Shown here: piece by piece, positions 36,911 through 46,141 of the stretch
Layout: the number at the start of each line of letters is the position of its first letter
Position numbering within the stretch: position 1 is the first letter of the stretch
Notes under the pieces: generated by a model
The model's input: only the letters and a program-made list of their open reading frames with translations
Told to the model about the DNA's origin: nothing
The model's database searches: none
DNA from: a virus
Lineage: Duplodnaviria; Caudoviricetes
IMG/VR virus record: IMGVR_UViG_3300036793_000172
Span: 1-64,000 of that record
Direction: 5' to 3' (one strand)
Length of the DNA stretch: 64,000 bases
Position numbers and translations under genes: made by a program

Positions 36911-37774
36911 TTAGTACCAGCGCGCGTAGAAGCGGGGGCGGCCCGGAAGTCCACCGGCGTAACGGGTGGGGCCGTACCGGCCGTACACGCCACCGCCGAC
37001 CAGGACCGCTGGCTTGCCGAGGCCCATGTTCCGGATCTTGAAGGTGTCGAGCTGCGACTTCAGCAAATCCTGTTCATCTGCAAGGATTTGTCCCCACCGG
37101 TCGAGGTAGTCGCGCCGGTCGAGGCGGGTCACTTCGCCGCCCATGAACATCGGCTGTTCCACATAGGACCGGCGCAGGTGCTTGAGCACCTCGACGTACA
37201 GGGCCTGTTCGAGGAGAGCGCCCCACATCTGGATCGGGAAGGACGCGCCGCCGTCGCCGTCGATCGTGTACGTCTGGTACGGCTGCGCCCGGGTGTTCAG
37301 GATCCCCACGGCCACGGTGAGCAGCTGGGAGATCCGGCCCCGGGTGAAGTGCGACTGGAAGTACGTCTGGAGGTTCGGGCCGCCGTTGGGCGAGTCGAAC
37401 ATGTCCGCGAAGCGGATCCACACACTCTCCACGATCAACTTCATCCCGGGCGCGAGCGCGGCATAGTCGGGGCTGAACGGGCCGATGATGACGAACGACT
37501 TCTGGAAGTCGGCCGTGCCGCTCACCGCGTAGTCCCACTCAAGCTGCATCGGCGAGGTCTGCTCGGTTTCCGCCGAAGTCAGCGTCACCTCGTAGGTGCC
37601 CACGTCGACCCGCGTCGCGGCCCGGGTGAAGACGACCGCGTTGGTGTCCTCATTGGTCATCGTCACGGTGACCGTGTTGCTGTCCGGATCGCCAGGGACG
37701 CCGTGGACGTACACGACCATGCCCAGTACGGGGTTGTCGTACTGGTTCACGAAAGTCCGGTCCGGCGGCGTCAT
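36911..37774 (-). CDS. Head-tail adaptor (neck 1)-like protein with N-terminal Ig-like domain, 287 aa
   Basis: First neck-module gene. Beta N-domain (GTYEVTL), then helical domain with RLDRRDY..RW. Start reassigned to ATG 37774. Confidence 0.6.
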   Translation of the reverse strand: MTPPDRTFVNQYDNPVLGMVVYVHGVPGDPDSNTVTVTMTNEDTNAVVFTRAATRVDVGTYEVTLTSAETEQTSPMQLEWDYAVSGTADFQKSFVIIGPFSPDYAALAPGMKLIVESVWIRFADMFDSPNGGPNLQTYFQSHFTRGRISQLLTVAVGILNTRAQPYQTYTIDGDGGASFPIQMWGALLEQALYVEVLKHLRRSYVEQPMFMGGEVTRLDRRDYLDRWGQILADEQDLLKSQLDTFKIRNMGLGKPAVLVGGGVYGRYGPTRYAGGLPGRPRFYARWY

Positions 37775-37778
37775 GGCG

Positions 37779-38456
37779 TCAGACCTCGAAGATGGCGATG
37801 AACGGGCTCCAGATGGCCGACGTGCCGCCACCCTGGCCCGAGCCGACGATGGCCGGGTCCTGGGCGCGGACGCGCAGCTGGAAGTTGACCGACTGCTGGG
37901 TCGAGGACGCGCCCCGGATGTACCAGTACGCGCCAGCGGTCGGCGGGTTTCCGGCGACGACTCCGTATGACGAGCCGGTGAACCGCTGCTCCATCACCGA
38001 GGACGAGTTCTCGATGAAGTTCAGGGTCACCTGGTTCGCGTGATCGTTGGCCACGTACTGCCAGCGGGTCATCACCAGACACGCCCGGCCGCCGGGGATC
38101 ATCGCGGTGACCTGAACCGCGACCGGCGCGGCCGTCCAGTTGACCTGGGTGGCGTTGACCTGGGTGGCGTTGATGGCCGAGGCCAGCAGACCGTAGTTGC
38201 CGAACCGCTGCCACACGCCCGCGACGGACGAGGACGGCTGGTTCCAGATCCACATGATGTTCAGGTCGGCCTGCCACACGAAGCGGCCGTGGTTGACGGC
38301 GCTCCACCCGGTGGGCAGCGACGCGTAGTTCGCTACGACCTGCACGCCTGGGACGTTGTCCAGCTTGGTGAACGTGTCGCTGAAGTCCGTGGTGGTGAAC
38401 GGGTCCGTTCCCACCGGGTTCATCAGCGCGAGGTTGGGGGTCTTGCTCGCTGTCAT
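37779..38456 (-). CDS. Fibre-like virion protein, 225 aa
   Basis: TPNLALMNP..TD.F...D....F.KLD N-terminal anchor motif. SD AGGGAAG. Confidence 0.65.
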   Translation of the reverse strand: MTASKTPNLALMNPVGTDPFTTTDFSDTFTKLDNVPGVQVVANYASLPTGWSAVNHGRFVWQADLNIMWIWNQPSSSVAGVWQRFGNYGLLASAINATQVNATQVNWTAAPVAVQVTAMIPGGRACLVMTRWQYVANDHANQVTLNFIENSSSVMEQRFTGSSYGVVAGNPPTAGAYWYIRGASSTQQSVNFQLRVRAQDPAIVGSGQGGGTSAIWSPFIAIFEV

Positions 38457-38505
38457 CCAACTTCCCTAAGCGTGACGCCCTCACGGGCTGAGTGGTGAGC
38501 AGGAG

Positions 38506-38546
38506 GCGAACCGGGCAGGGAAGGGAGTAGAACCTGCCCGGCTCGC
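38506..38546 (-). terminator. Stem-loop, probable terminator
   Basis: GCGA-A-CCGGGCAGG / CCTGCCCGG-C-TCGC with a 13-nt loop, just after the 38567 stop. Confidence 0.55.
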
Positions 38547-38566
38547 AACCCGTTGCCCTCCGGGAA

Positions 38567-39178
38567 TTACTTACCGGCGGAGGTCTTCTCTTCCTCGGCG
38601 TCCTCGCCCTTCGGCGCGGTCGCCACGTTGCCGTCGGCGTCGGTCGCCGCTGCGCGCTGCTCAGCGGTCATGCCACCCACGACGATCTTGTTGGTCTTCA
38701 GGTCGTCGAGCTTGGCCGCCAGGTCCTTGCGGGCCTCGTCGGCGGTCAGGTTCTCTTCCGGCAGAGTGACGAGGCTGGAATCGACCTCGGTGTCGTTCGG
38801 GTCGAGCGCCCGGGCCGCAAGGGCGAGCGCCTGCGCGCGGCCCACGTCGAACACCGGCGACACCTCGCGGATGTTCTGGTGCGCTGCACCGGCGGTGTCC
38901 GAGGTGTCGAGGGTGCCGTACTGGAAGTGCGGGTTCGGACGGTAGTCCTCGTTCTCCCGGTAGCCGCCGTACTCGACGTAGTCCGACACGTCGGCGTTGA
39001 CGCCCAGGCGGGCGAAGTCGCTCTTCTCCTCGGGCTTGTCGGCGTTGGAGTTCACCGCCGGGGCGGTGTCCGTCTTCGACGCCGTGTCGGTGGTCGATGC
39101 GGGGGCCGTGGATGGAGCGGTTTCCGTCTTGGCGGCGGTGGCCGAAGTGTCCTCGGTCTTGGGTGCTGGCTGGGTCAT
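38567..39178 (-). CDS. Acidic hypothetical protein, 203 aa
   Basis: SD AAGGAG. Low-complexity T/A/K N-terminus. Confidence 0.72.
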   Translation of the reverse strand: MTQPAPKTEDTSATAAKTETAPSTAPASTTDTASKTDTAPAVNSNADKPEEKSDFARLGVNADVSDYVEYGGYRENEDYRPNPHFQYGTLDTSDTAGAAHQNIREVSPVFDVGRAQALALAARALDPNDTEVDSSLVTLPEENLTADEARKDLAAKLDDLKTNKIVVGGMTAEQRAAATDADGNVATAPKGEDAEEEKTSAGK

Positions 39179-39239
39179 CGTTCCGAATCTCCTTGTCGTT
39201 CCTTGATCTCGACCACCGTCGATGCAGGGGCCGACGCGT

Positions 39240-39779
39240 TCAGTTCAGCTCGCGCTCACGGTCGGTTACCCGAACGCGACGCCAGATCACTTCCTGACGG
39301 CCGCCGATCATGCGGTCTGTGTGCTCAGGGGTGAACTGGCTCTTGAGGTAGACGTGCTTCGGGCACAGCGGCGGGATCTGGTCCTGCTTGGTCGCCTTGA
39401 CCGACACGGGCTCTTCGCACAGGCCCGGGTTCGGTCCGCGCCCGGCGGGGCCGATGCACTTCACCATGAGGGTGTCGTTGTCCTGCGGACGCTCGACCGC
39501 CTCGTCGCTGGCCTTGCGGCGCTGGTCTTCCCGGGCCTGCCACGAGTCGCGGTGCTTGTTGAGGATGGCCTTGATCTCGTCGTCGGCTTCCTCAACCTCG
39601 AACACGCCGCGCGTGAGGGCACGCTGGAACTGGACGTTGTTCAGGACTGGTTCCGGCACGGGCTGCACGTCGAGGCCGTCGGGGTGCCCTGCACCCTCCC
39701 AGGTGACCTCGCTGCCGCTCTCCTTGTCGGAGAAGACAGTGGGGCCGCTCTGCTTGTTGCGGATCATGGTAAGCGCCAT
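39240..39779 (-). CDS. Hypothetical protein with C..C..CPKH putative Zn site, 179 aa
   Basis: SD GAAGGGA before ATG 39779, directly downstream of the capsid gene. Confidence 0.72.
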   Translation of the reverse strand: MALTMIRNKQSGPTVFSDKESGSEVTWEGAGHPDGLDVQPVPEPVLNNVQFQRALTRGVFEVEEADDEIKAILNKHRDSWQAREDQRRKASDEAVERPQDNDTLMVKCIGPAGRGPNPGLCEEPVSVKATKQDQIPPLCPKHVYLKSQFTPEHTDRMIGGRQEVIWRRVRVTDRERELN

Positions 39780-39816
39780 GAGTAGTGTCCCTTCGATCGG
39801 TAGTGGTCCCTTCACT

Positions 39817-39848
39817 TCTTCGTCCGCCTCTATGGAGGTCACGACAGG
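39817..39848 (-). promoter_or_regulatory. Late-promoter-like motif copy (CCTGT-N22-GAAGA)
   Basis: Same spacing as the 18261-18292 copy and shares the 14-mer AAGAAGTGAAGGGA. Confidence 0.6.
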
Positions 39849-39854
39849 AAGGGG

Positions 39855-39907
39855 TAAAAGAATGCGGCCCCCGACCCATTACGAAAATGGTTCAAGGACC
39901 GCATTCT
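39855..39907 (-). terminator. Rho-independent terminator after the major capsid gene
   Basis: AGAATGCGG / CCGCATTCT outer stem with an inner CCATT/AATGG stem, followed by a T-run on the minus strand. Confidence 0.7.
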
Positions 39908-39947
39908 AAAATCGTTTCCCAAGGCTAAGCCTTCGAGGCGATGACCC

Positions 39948-40937
39948 CTACGACTTAGAGATGGTTGCAATTCCGCGAGGATTCAAGATCAACATCGACA
40001 CCATTTCATCGAAGACCCAGCCCTTCCAGAACGCGTCCACGTGGTGGTTCTCTTCCACGTCGAGCGAGTAGAGGACGGGGAACACGCCGAGGAAGTTCGG
40101 CTCCGGCGTCAGGAAGATCGTGCCCTGCGGCACGATGATCGAACGCTGGATCTGGAACTCGCCGAACGTCGTGATGGTCTCACCGGCGACGACGCGGTCC
40201 TTGAACGCCCAACCCGTGGTGTTGATGTCCCACCGGAAGAAGTCCCGGTAGTCCATCGGGTTCACGAGCAGACGGGCCGACTGGAGTTCGTGCATGTCGG
40301 TCTGGGCCACGGCCGTGTACAGCGAGGCCGGGGTGAAGTACCCCGATGCCTCGGTGATGGTGTGGTCCGGGGTGACGATGTGGTCCGGCCGAGTCGCGTA
40401 GTCGTTGACTGCGGACTGGAGCAGGACCATCAGGCGGGAGTCTTCCTGCTTGAGGATCGCCTGCTTGGTCTCGTCCTGGGCCTGCTCAACCGCGTTGATG
40501 CGGAGGTAGAACAGGTCCTCCTTGCGGATCGCTGGCTGCGAGGCGATGCGGAAGAACCGCACCGGAACGCGCTTGCCCTCGAACGGGGTGATGCGAACTT
40601 CACCCTCGTGACCGGACATGATGTACGCCTGGCCGAGGTCGTCCCACACGTCGTACTCGACCGGGGTGCCCGGCGTGACCGGGTCCTCGATGAGCACGTT
40701 GCGGGTGATGCCCTGGTAGCGCAGCTTCAGCTGGATCGGGCCGATCATGCCGACGCCGAGGCGCTTGATCCCGTTGGTGTCGTCCGACAGGATCAAGGCC
40801 ATCTTCTTGACCTTGGCTTCGTGCGTGAGGGCTTGTCCGCCCTCCTTGCGCGCGATGATTCCGGCGACGTAGTCGTCCGACTTCTTCGCGACGCGACCAC
40901 CGAGGCCACCACCTGGGGCGAGAGTCATCTGGCTCAT
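39948..40937 (-). CDS. Major capsid protein (Bxz1-like), 329 aa
   Basis: MIGPIQLKLRYQGI.RNVL.ED, EGEVRITPFEGKR..V..FRIAS.P.I.KEDL and KGWVFDEMVSM..LNPRG match the recalled cluster C-type capsid. Position after the decoration and scaffold genes. Confidence 0.92.
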   Translation of the reverse strand: MSQMTLAPGGGLGGRVAKKSDDYVAGIIARKEGGQALTHEAKVKKMALILSDDTNGIKRLGVGMIGPIQLKLRYQGITRNVLIEDPVTPGTPVEYDVWDDLGQAYIMSGHEGEVRITPFEGKRVPVRFFRIASQPAIRKEDLFYLRINAVEQAQDETKQAILKQEDSRLMVLLQSAVNDYATRPDHIVTPDHTITEASGYFTPASLYTAVAQTDMHELQSARLLVNPMDYRDFFRWDINTTGWAFKDRVVAGETITTFGEFQIQRSIIVPQGTIFLTPEPNFLGVFPVLYSLDVEENHHVDAFWKGWVFDEMVSMLILNPRGIATISKS

Positions 40938-40963
40938 GTAAGTCTTTTTCCTCTCTCGCTCGA

Positions 40964-41473
40964 TCAGACGGTGCCCTGGAGGCCGCCGACGACGATCTTG
41001 GTCGACGAGACGACCTTGATCAGTCGGGCGACGGGGCGGGTGGAAGCACCGGAAGCACCAGCCGGGACGAGCTTGCCTCGGTTGGCGCCAGTGGTGCTGG
41101 CATACACCAGCGAAATCGTGCCGTTGGTCGGCTCCACCCAGGTCAGGGTGCTGTCGAACGCCGGAGCGAGGATCTCGAACTCAGCGGACGGGTCAAGCGT
41201 CCACACTGCCATCGCGTTCACACCCTGCTCGGTGATCTCGTCGATGCCGTCGCCGCCGATGTAGTTCGCGCACAGACCATACGGAACGCCCGTACCGTCG
41301 AGCAGCGACACATTCTCGCCGACCGTCTTCATCATCGCCATGCCCGGGTAAATCTGAACCGAGTAGTCCCACGCTGGATCAAGGAACTGGCTCTTCGGGG
41401 TGGCCTGGGCAAATGCGTAGAGTGGTCGGATCGTCCTCTTGATGTAGGACTTCCCGAGAGGAACTCGAAGCAC
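40964..41473 (-). CDS. Capsid decoration/cement-like protein, 169 aa
   Basis: Directly upstream of the MCP. KRT.RPLY...QATPK..FLDP.W...I.PGM motif. SD AAGGAGG. Confidence 0.7.
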   Translation of the reverse strand: MLRVPLGKSYIKRTIRPLYAFAQATPKSQFLDPAWDYSVQIYPGMAMMKTVGENVSLLDGTGVPYGLCANYIGGDGIDEITEQGVNAMAVWTLDPSAEFEILAPAFDSTLTWVEPTNGTISLVYASTTGANRGKLVPAGASGASTRPVARLIKVVSSTKIVVGGLQGTV

Positions 41474-41541
41474 GTGCAGCCCTCCTTCGGCTAACAGGGG
41501 TTGGAGGGCCCCGTTGCCGGGAAGCGTCCCTCTCCTTCACG

Positions 41542-41572
41542 CCTTCCGCGCTCTCATCAGGGGTTGAACAGG
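41542..41572 (-). promoter_or_regulatory. Late-promoter-like motif copy (CCTGT-N21-GAAGG)
   Basis: Intergenic, upstream of the decoration/MCP genes. Confidence 0.55.
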
Positions 41573-41668
41573 CTAGAAACCAATTCTGGGAATGACGTTC
41601 AGACGCTGGACGGCGGGGCTATACCACACATATGGCCAACACACAGGTTCCCGACGTAAGGTGACGGC

Positions 41669-42253
41669 ATGCCCCGAGACCTTTCCGTGCAGCGCGAACG
41701 TGCCCTCGGCGATGCTCTGCACCTTTACAACGGTCAAGCATTTGATGGCGCGGTAGAACGGGAGGGTTCCGAGGTAGCTACGCAAGCACTGCTGGGAACC
41801 GCAGACGCCATCTTCCGATGGTTGACTGGGCCAGTCAGTTTCCACATCCGGTTCGGTGAAGTCTTCAAGCAGGACGGCACGCCGACCGGGCGACAAATCG
41901 GAGGACACCCCATGCAGCTTCACGACGACGAGCAGGTCACCTTGTCCGTTTCGGTGGCCGACGCCAAGGGCGCGGCCATCTCTGACGACCCGTCGACCAC
42001 GACCGACGACCTTCAGTGGTCGGTGGCCGACCAGGGTGTGGCCACCCTTCAGGTAAGCGCGGACACCCGCTCCTGCACCGTGGTCGCGGGCACGGTGGGT
42101 TCCACTGTGGTCACCATTCAGCTGGGTTCGCTCTCGGCCACCGAGGCCATCGACGTGGTCCCGGGCAGCGCGGCGCTGATCACCATCTCGGAGGGCACCC
42201 CGGAGCCGCAGTCTTCGGCCACCCCTCCGGCGTCGGGCACCGCGTCCGTCTGA
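41669..42253 (+). CDS. Ig-like (Big_2-type) domain protein on the opposite strand, with a second in-frame start at 41912
   Basis: VTLSVSV.DAKG...LQWSV.DQGVATL.V...GT..VT Ig pattern. SD GGAGG 7 nt before ATG 41912. Confidence 0.7.
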   Translation: MPRDLSVQRERALGDALHLYNGQAFDGAVEREGSEVATQALLGTADAIFRWLTGPVSFHIRFGEVFKQDGTPTGRQIGGHPMQLHDDEQVTLSVSVADAKGAAISDDPSTTTDDLQWSVADQGVATLQVSADTRSCTVVAGTVGSTVVTIQLGSLSATEAIDVVPGSAALITISEGTPEPQSSATPPASGTASV

Positions 42254-42265
42254 GCCTGAACGGAA

Positions 42266-42305
42266 GAAAGCCCCGGGACCATGGCAGCAGGGTCCCGGGG
42301 CTTTC
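42266..42305. terminator. Bidirectional terminator between convergent genes
   Basis: Perfect 15-bp inverted repeat GAAAGCCCCGGGACC / GGTCCCGGGGCTTTC with a 10-nt loop. Confidence 0.85.
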
Positions 42306-42317
42306 GCTTGTGCGCGA

Positions 42318-43208
42318 TCAGAGGAAGATGTCCTCGGCGCTTCCGTCGTCCACCACACTGGAGGTGGTCTGGATGCTCTGCATGGACGGTGCCTGGCGGG
42401 CACCGGCCGTACGCGGCACCAGACGCGGGTTGCGCTGGGGGTTCCTCTTGGCCGCCGTGCGGACGTTCTCCAGGGTCGCGATCTCCTGCTCGATCGACTC
42501 GGTGGTGCGCGACGCGTCCTTCTCGATCGACGCGCCGAGCGCGAGGTCCGAGTCGGCGTCGGCGATACCGGCCTGGATCTGCAAGCGCGCCAGGCGGATC
42601 GCCGCGAAGGGACGAGAGGTGTCGTCCTTCTTGGACGAGGTCCGCTGGGCGTTGGCGAAGTCACCCTGGAGCGGGAACGCGGTGTTGGGCACCATCGGGT
42701 TGCCCACCCGCACGTCGGACTCGGTCTTGACCTCCGAGAGCGGGCGCGGGTTCTGTGTGCCGTCCACCGGCGCGGTCACGTCCACCAGCTCGTGGAACGC
42801 GGGTGCGCCGATGTCCTGGCCCGGGGTGTAGACCGTGGTGGTCGCGTCGGCGGCCACGTCGTTGGTCGATCCCGGCACCAGGCCCGGGGTCTGCACGTTG
42901 CCCATGGCCTCAGGCGCTTCGGCCTCCTGAGTGGACTGTGTCGCCGGGACGGCCGGAGGCTCAGGCACCGGCTGGGCCGGGTTCTGCGCGTCCGCCTGCT
43001 TGGTCATCGCGGTGACGACCTTGCCCTCGACGCCAGCAAGCTGGCTGAGGTGGCGCAGGCCGAGCCCGAAGCGGTTGATCTGCTCCTGCTGCACCTGGGT
43101 CACGTTGATCAGTGCGGCGACCCGGGCCGCGAGGCGACCGTTGTCCTCGCGCAACTGGGCAATCTCGTTCTGCTGCTCGGCGAGAGCGGCAATTGCTGGT
43201 CGTGCCAT
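42318..43208 (-). CDS. Probable capsid scaffolding protein, 296 aa
   Basis: Between the protease and capsid genes. Coiled-coil N-terminus and P/Q/A/E-rich linker. Confidence 0.62.
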   Translation of the reverse strand: MARPAIAALAEQQNEIAQLREDNGRLAARVAALINVTQVQQEQINRFGLGLRHLSQLAGVEGKVVTAMTKQADAQNPAQPVPEPPAVPATQSTQEAEAPEAMGNVQTPGLVPGSTNDVAADATTTVYTPGQDIGAPAFHELVDVTAPVDGTQNPRPLSEVKTESDVRVGNPMVPNTAFPLQGDFANAQRTSSKKDDTSRPFAAIRLARLQIQAGIADADSDLALGASIEKDASRTTESIEQEIATLENVRTAAKRNPQRNPRLVPRTAGARQAPSMQSIQTTSSVVDDGSAEDIFL

Positions 43209-43251
43209 GGTCTACTCTTCTCCTTCAACCACAATTTTTCTTGTCGTACTG

Positions 43252-45891
43252 TCACTTCTTCTTGGCGAACGGGTTGCTCTTGACAGGCTTCTTCTTGTCG
43301 TCGCCCGCGTCGTCGTCGGTGTCCTTGTCCGGATCCGAGTCGTCGTCCCCGTCGTCATCCGGGTCGGCGAGATCGCGCGGGTCGACCGGGCCCGGGTCGT
43401 CCTTGCCTGGAGGCGCCTGCTCCTCGTCGTCGGGGACGCCGTCACCGTCCTGGTCCTCGTCGCCCTCCGGCGGGGCTCCCTGCTCGCCGTAGGCGCCTTC
43501 CGCGTCCTGAGCGGGCACCAGGACGCCCTTGCCGCACGCCGGGCACACATCACCCTCGGCGGCCTCTCCGCCGCCCTCCATGCCCTCCTGCTGGGTCATG
43601 GGGTCGCTCGACGCCATCGGGTCGGAACCGGCCTGCGGGTCATCGGTGTCGACGGTGGTCGGCTCGGCCCCGCCGAACTCGGTTCCGCAGTTGTCGCACA
43701 CCAGGTCCGGCTGCACGTCCATGCCCGGGTCGTTCGGGTCCGGGACGATCGAGTCGTCGTAGTCCTGCTGCTGCTGGCGCAGGTCGATCTGCTTGGCCTT
43801 GTCCAGGTCGGGGTCCTGGAACATCTTCGGTGGCGCGACGAACCCGCACACGGGGCAGGCGTTGCCGTCCCAGGCGTCGTCTTCGCCGCAGACGGGGCAG
43901 TTCTCCTCGCGGAGGGTGTCCACGTCGGCGGGCGCCTTCGTCTCGCCGTAGGCCGTGTGACGGCTCGCCTGGTACCCGGTGCCCGGCTGCCGGTAGTTCA
44001 TCTCCGGGAGCTTCTGCTTGCGGAAGTCTTCCCACTTCTGCTCGGAGTTGCTGCGCGACTTCTCGCGGCCGACGTTGAGCTGGTAGTTGGTGCCCTTGCT
44101 CTCGGTCTTCTCCCGCTCGCTCTTCTGGTTCAGCCGCTGCTGCGCCAGCCATGTGACCGCCTGCACCTGGTGCCCCGCGATCGGCTGGCCCTCCTTCTCG
44201 GAGATCTGGCGCGCGGCCTCGTGGTAGTGACTCACCACGTGGTCGTAGTTGCGGCGGTTGAGGGATCCGTCCTTGCGCTTGGTACCGGCCAGCGGTGCCT
44301 TCGAGTAGTCCTCGTCCGACATGCGGTGCCCAGCGGCCACTGACAAGGCGTGCCGGTCGACGACCACGTGCGGCACCGTCGGATCCTTGTCGCCGCCGTG
44401 CTCGATCAGGTGCGCGAAGTCGCGGATCTTGGGTCCAGAGAGCACGTCGTTGTAGTTCGCGCCCTTCAAGACCTTGTCGGCGTTGTTCTTCTGACTCTCC
44501 GAGGCGAGGATGCCGCCGCCCTTGCCGCCGATGCCCTTATGCCCGTCCAGGACTCGCGCGGCGTTGTGCATGTTGGCGACCCACGGCGTCTGCGGCGAGT
44601 AGATCGCGAGCATCCCGGCAGCAAGGTGGTTGTCTCCGTGCGGGTGCCGGAGGTCGTGCGGCTCCTGGGGCTCGGGCTCAGAGAATTCCTTGCCAGCAGA
44701 CAAAGCCTTTGACTTGCGCGTCTCGTGCGCTGCGAGCTGGCGGTGGTAGTCGGCGCTCTCGTCGAGCTTCTCCGGACGCACCGGGGCGAGCTTGGAGATG
44801 CTCTTCGCGATGTTGTGCGCGTCCTTGTACCAGGTCTTGCCGGATGCCTTCTCGTCGTCGGTCGCCTGGTTCCACATCTTCACGATGTTGTCGTGGTGCA
44901 CCGGGTGCGCCTGGAACCACGGGTGGTCTTCCACCTTGTCGTACTTCGCGGCCTCGGCCTGGAGCGCGGCTTCACGGTGCGCCTCGTGCCAGGTGTGGCC
45001 GCAGCCGAAGCACTCGGCGTTGCCCCGGGTATCGGCGATGGTGTCCTTGCACCGGCAGGCGAGGCACTGCGACGCCTGCACGAACTTCAGCGATGCCCAG
45101 CGCGATTCCGGCGACGGAGCCGGGAGACGGCGCGGCGGCTCGGGAGTAGTCCATTGCGGACCCGGGTCGATCTGGCGTGCAGCTGTCCGGCGGGTCGAAG
45201 TCATCGCGAGATGGTCAAGGCCGGGACCCAGCTCCGGCTTGCCCAGGAAGTACGCGGTCGGATCAGCCGGGGGCTCGACCAAGAGCGAGTTCTCGAAGAA
45301 CCTCAGCCCGTAGCAGGTCTCCCGGATCAGGGTGCCGACCTTTCGACCGGAACCCGTTACCCTGTAATGGGTTTTGCCCTTCATTCCGGGCACGTGCGCG
45401 CAGTACTCCAGCGGCGTGGTGGCCTTGCGGTTGCACACCGAGCAGATCGAGTAGGCCACGTCCACGCCCATCGACGTGCGCTCGATATGTCCGAGGATGA
45501 TCGCCTTCGCCAGCTTCGGGTATTTGAGCCCGTCGACCTCCATGAGGCCCTCGACCCACGTGTCCGGCGTGCCGTCGGGGTTGCGGTCCTCGTGCAGGGC
45601 CGCGTCGATGATGAGCCCGCGCATGCGCCGGTGGTCGTCGTTGTGGTGGTTGACGAACACGGGCTTGCCGATGAAGGTGCGATAGCCCTTTGCGATCTCC
45701 TCGGCCGGGAACTCGTCGAAGTTGTCATTGCAACGGGAGCTGATCATCCGCGAGCGGACGTACAGCATCCCGTGCTTCGGGGTGTAGCTGAACTCATGCC
45801 GATGGGCGACGCGGGCGTTGGCCGGAAGCTCCACGCCGGACCCGTCACTCCAGTTGGCGCTCAGGATCTCCGCCGTGGCGAACTTCAGCAC
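43252..45891 (-). CDS. Prohead (capsid maturation) protease polyprotein with an inserted domain, Zn ribbons and acidic tail, 879 aa
   Basis: N-domain NDNFDEF..EE...Y.TFIGKPVFVNH...RG.I.DA...TSMG..V.YS.CSVC (His/Ser protease pattern), several CxxC pairs, and a D/E-rich tail ending NPFAKKK. Confidence 0.8.
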   Translation of the reverse strand: MLKFATAEILSANWSDGSGVELPANARVAHRHEFSYTPKHGMLYVRSRMISSRCNDNFDEFPAEEIAKGYRTFIGKPVFVNHHNDDHRRMRGLIIDAALHEDRNPDGTPDTWVEGLMEVDGLKYPKLAKAIILGHIERTSMGVDVAYSICSVCNRKATTPLEYCAHVPGMKGKTHYRVTGSGRKVGTLIRETCYGLRFFENSLLVEPPADPTAYFLGKPELGPGLDHLAMTSTRRTAARQIDPGPQWTTPEPPRRLPAPSPESRWASLKFVQASQCLACRCKDTIADTRGNAECFGCGHTWHEAHREAALQAEAAKYDKVEDHPWFQAHPVHHDNIVKMWNQATDDEKASGKTWYKDAHNIAKSISKLAPVRPEKLDESADYHRQLAAHETRKSKALSAGKEFSEPEPQEPHDLRHPHGDNHLAAGMLAIYSPQTPWVANMHNAARVLDGHKGIGGKGGGILASESQKNNADKVLKGANYNDVLSGPKIRDFAHLIEHGGDKDPTVPHVVVDRHALSVAAGHRMSDEDYSKAPLAGTKRKDGSLNRRNYDHVVSHYHEAARQISEKEGQPIAGHQVQAVTWLAQQRLNQKSEREKTESKGTNYQLNVGREKSRSNSEQKWEDFRKQKLPEMNYRQPGTGYQASRHTAYGETKAPADVDTLREENCPVCGEDDAWDGNACPVCGFVAPPKMFQDPDLDKAKQIDLRQQQQDYDDSIVPDPNDPGMDVQPDLVCDNCGTEFGGAEPTTVDTDDPQAGSDPMASSDPMTQQEGMEGGGEAAEGDVCPACGKGVLVPAQDAEGAYGEQGAPPEGDEDQDGDGVPDDEEQAPPGKDDPGPVDPRDLADPDDDGDDDSDPDKDTDDDAGDDKKKPVKSNPFAKKK

Positions 45892-45926
45892 CGCTACCTC
45901 ACCTCACACATGCCGCTGCCTCTATC

Positions 45927-45958
45927 CCTTCAATGGGTGTGAAACGCATTCCGACAGT
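45927..45958 (-). promoter_or_regulatory. Late-promoter-like motif copy (ACTGT-N22-GAAGG)
   Basis: Upstream of the protease gene. Shares GAAGGGATAGAG with the 63640 copy. Confidence 0.5.
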
Positions 45959-46141
45959 TCACTTGAAGGACGTGAGGTAGCCGTCATGCTCTTCCCAATA
46001 AACCTTGTCACGTGTTCCGCGACGGGTTTTGAGGTACCGCCGGATCTCCGTGACGGTGACGCCGGAGAGCAGGCGACGACCGTTGCGGAGGAGGTCGTAA
46101 CGGTCGTCGCCCTGACGTTCGAGCATCCAGGTGTCGCTCAT
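45959..46141 (-). CDS. Hypothetical protein, 60 aa
   Basis: ATGA overlap with the collagen-like gene. Confidence 0.65.
   Translation of the reverse strand: MSDTWMLERQGDDRYDLLRNGRRLLSGVTVTEIRRYLKTRRGTRDKVYWEEHDGYLTSFK

Noticed and set aside
38140-38169. Perfect 15-bp tandem duplication (NATQV twice)
   Set aside because: In-frame micro-duplication in a coding linker with no sign of phase variation.
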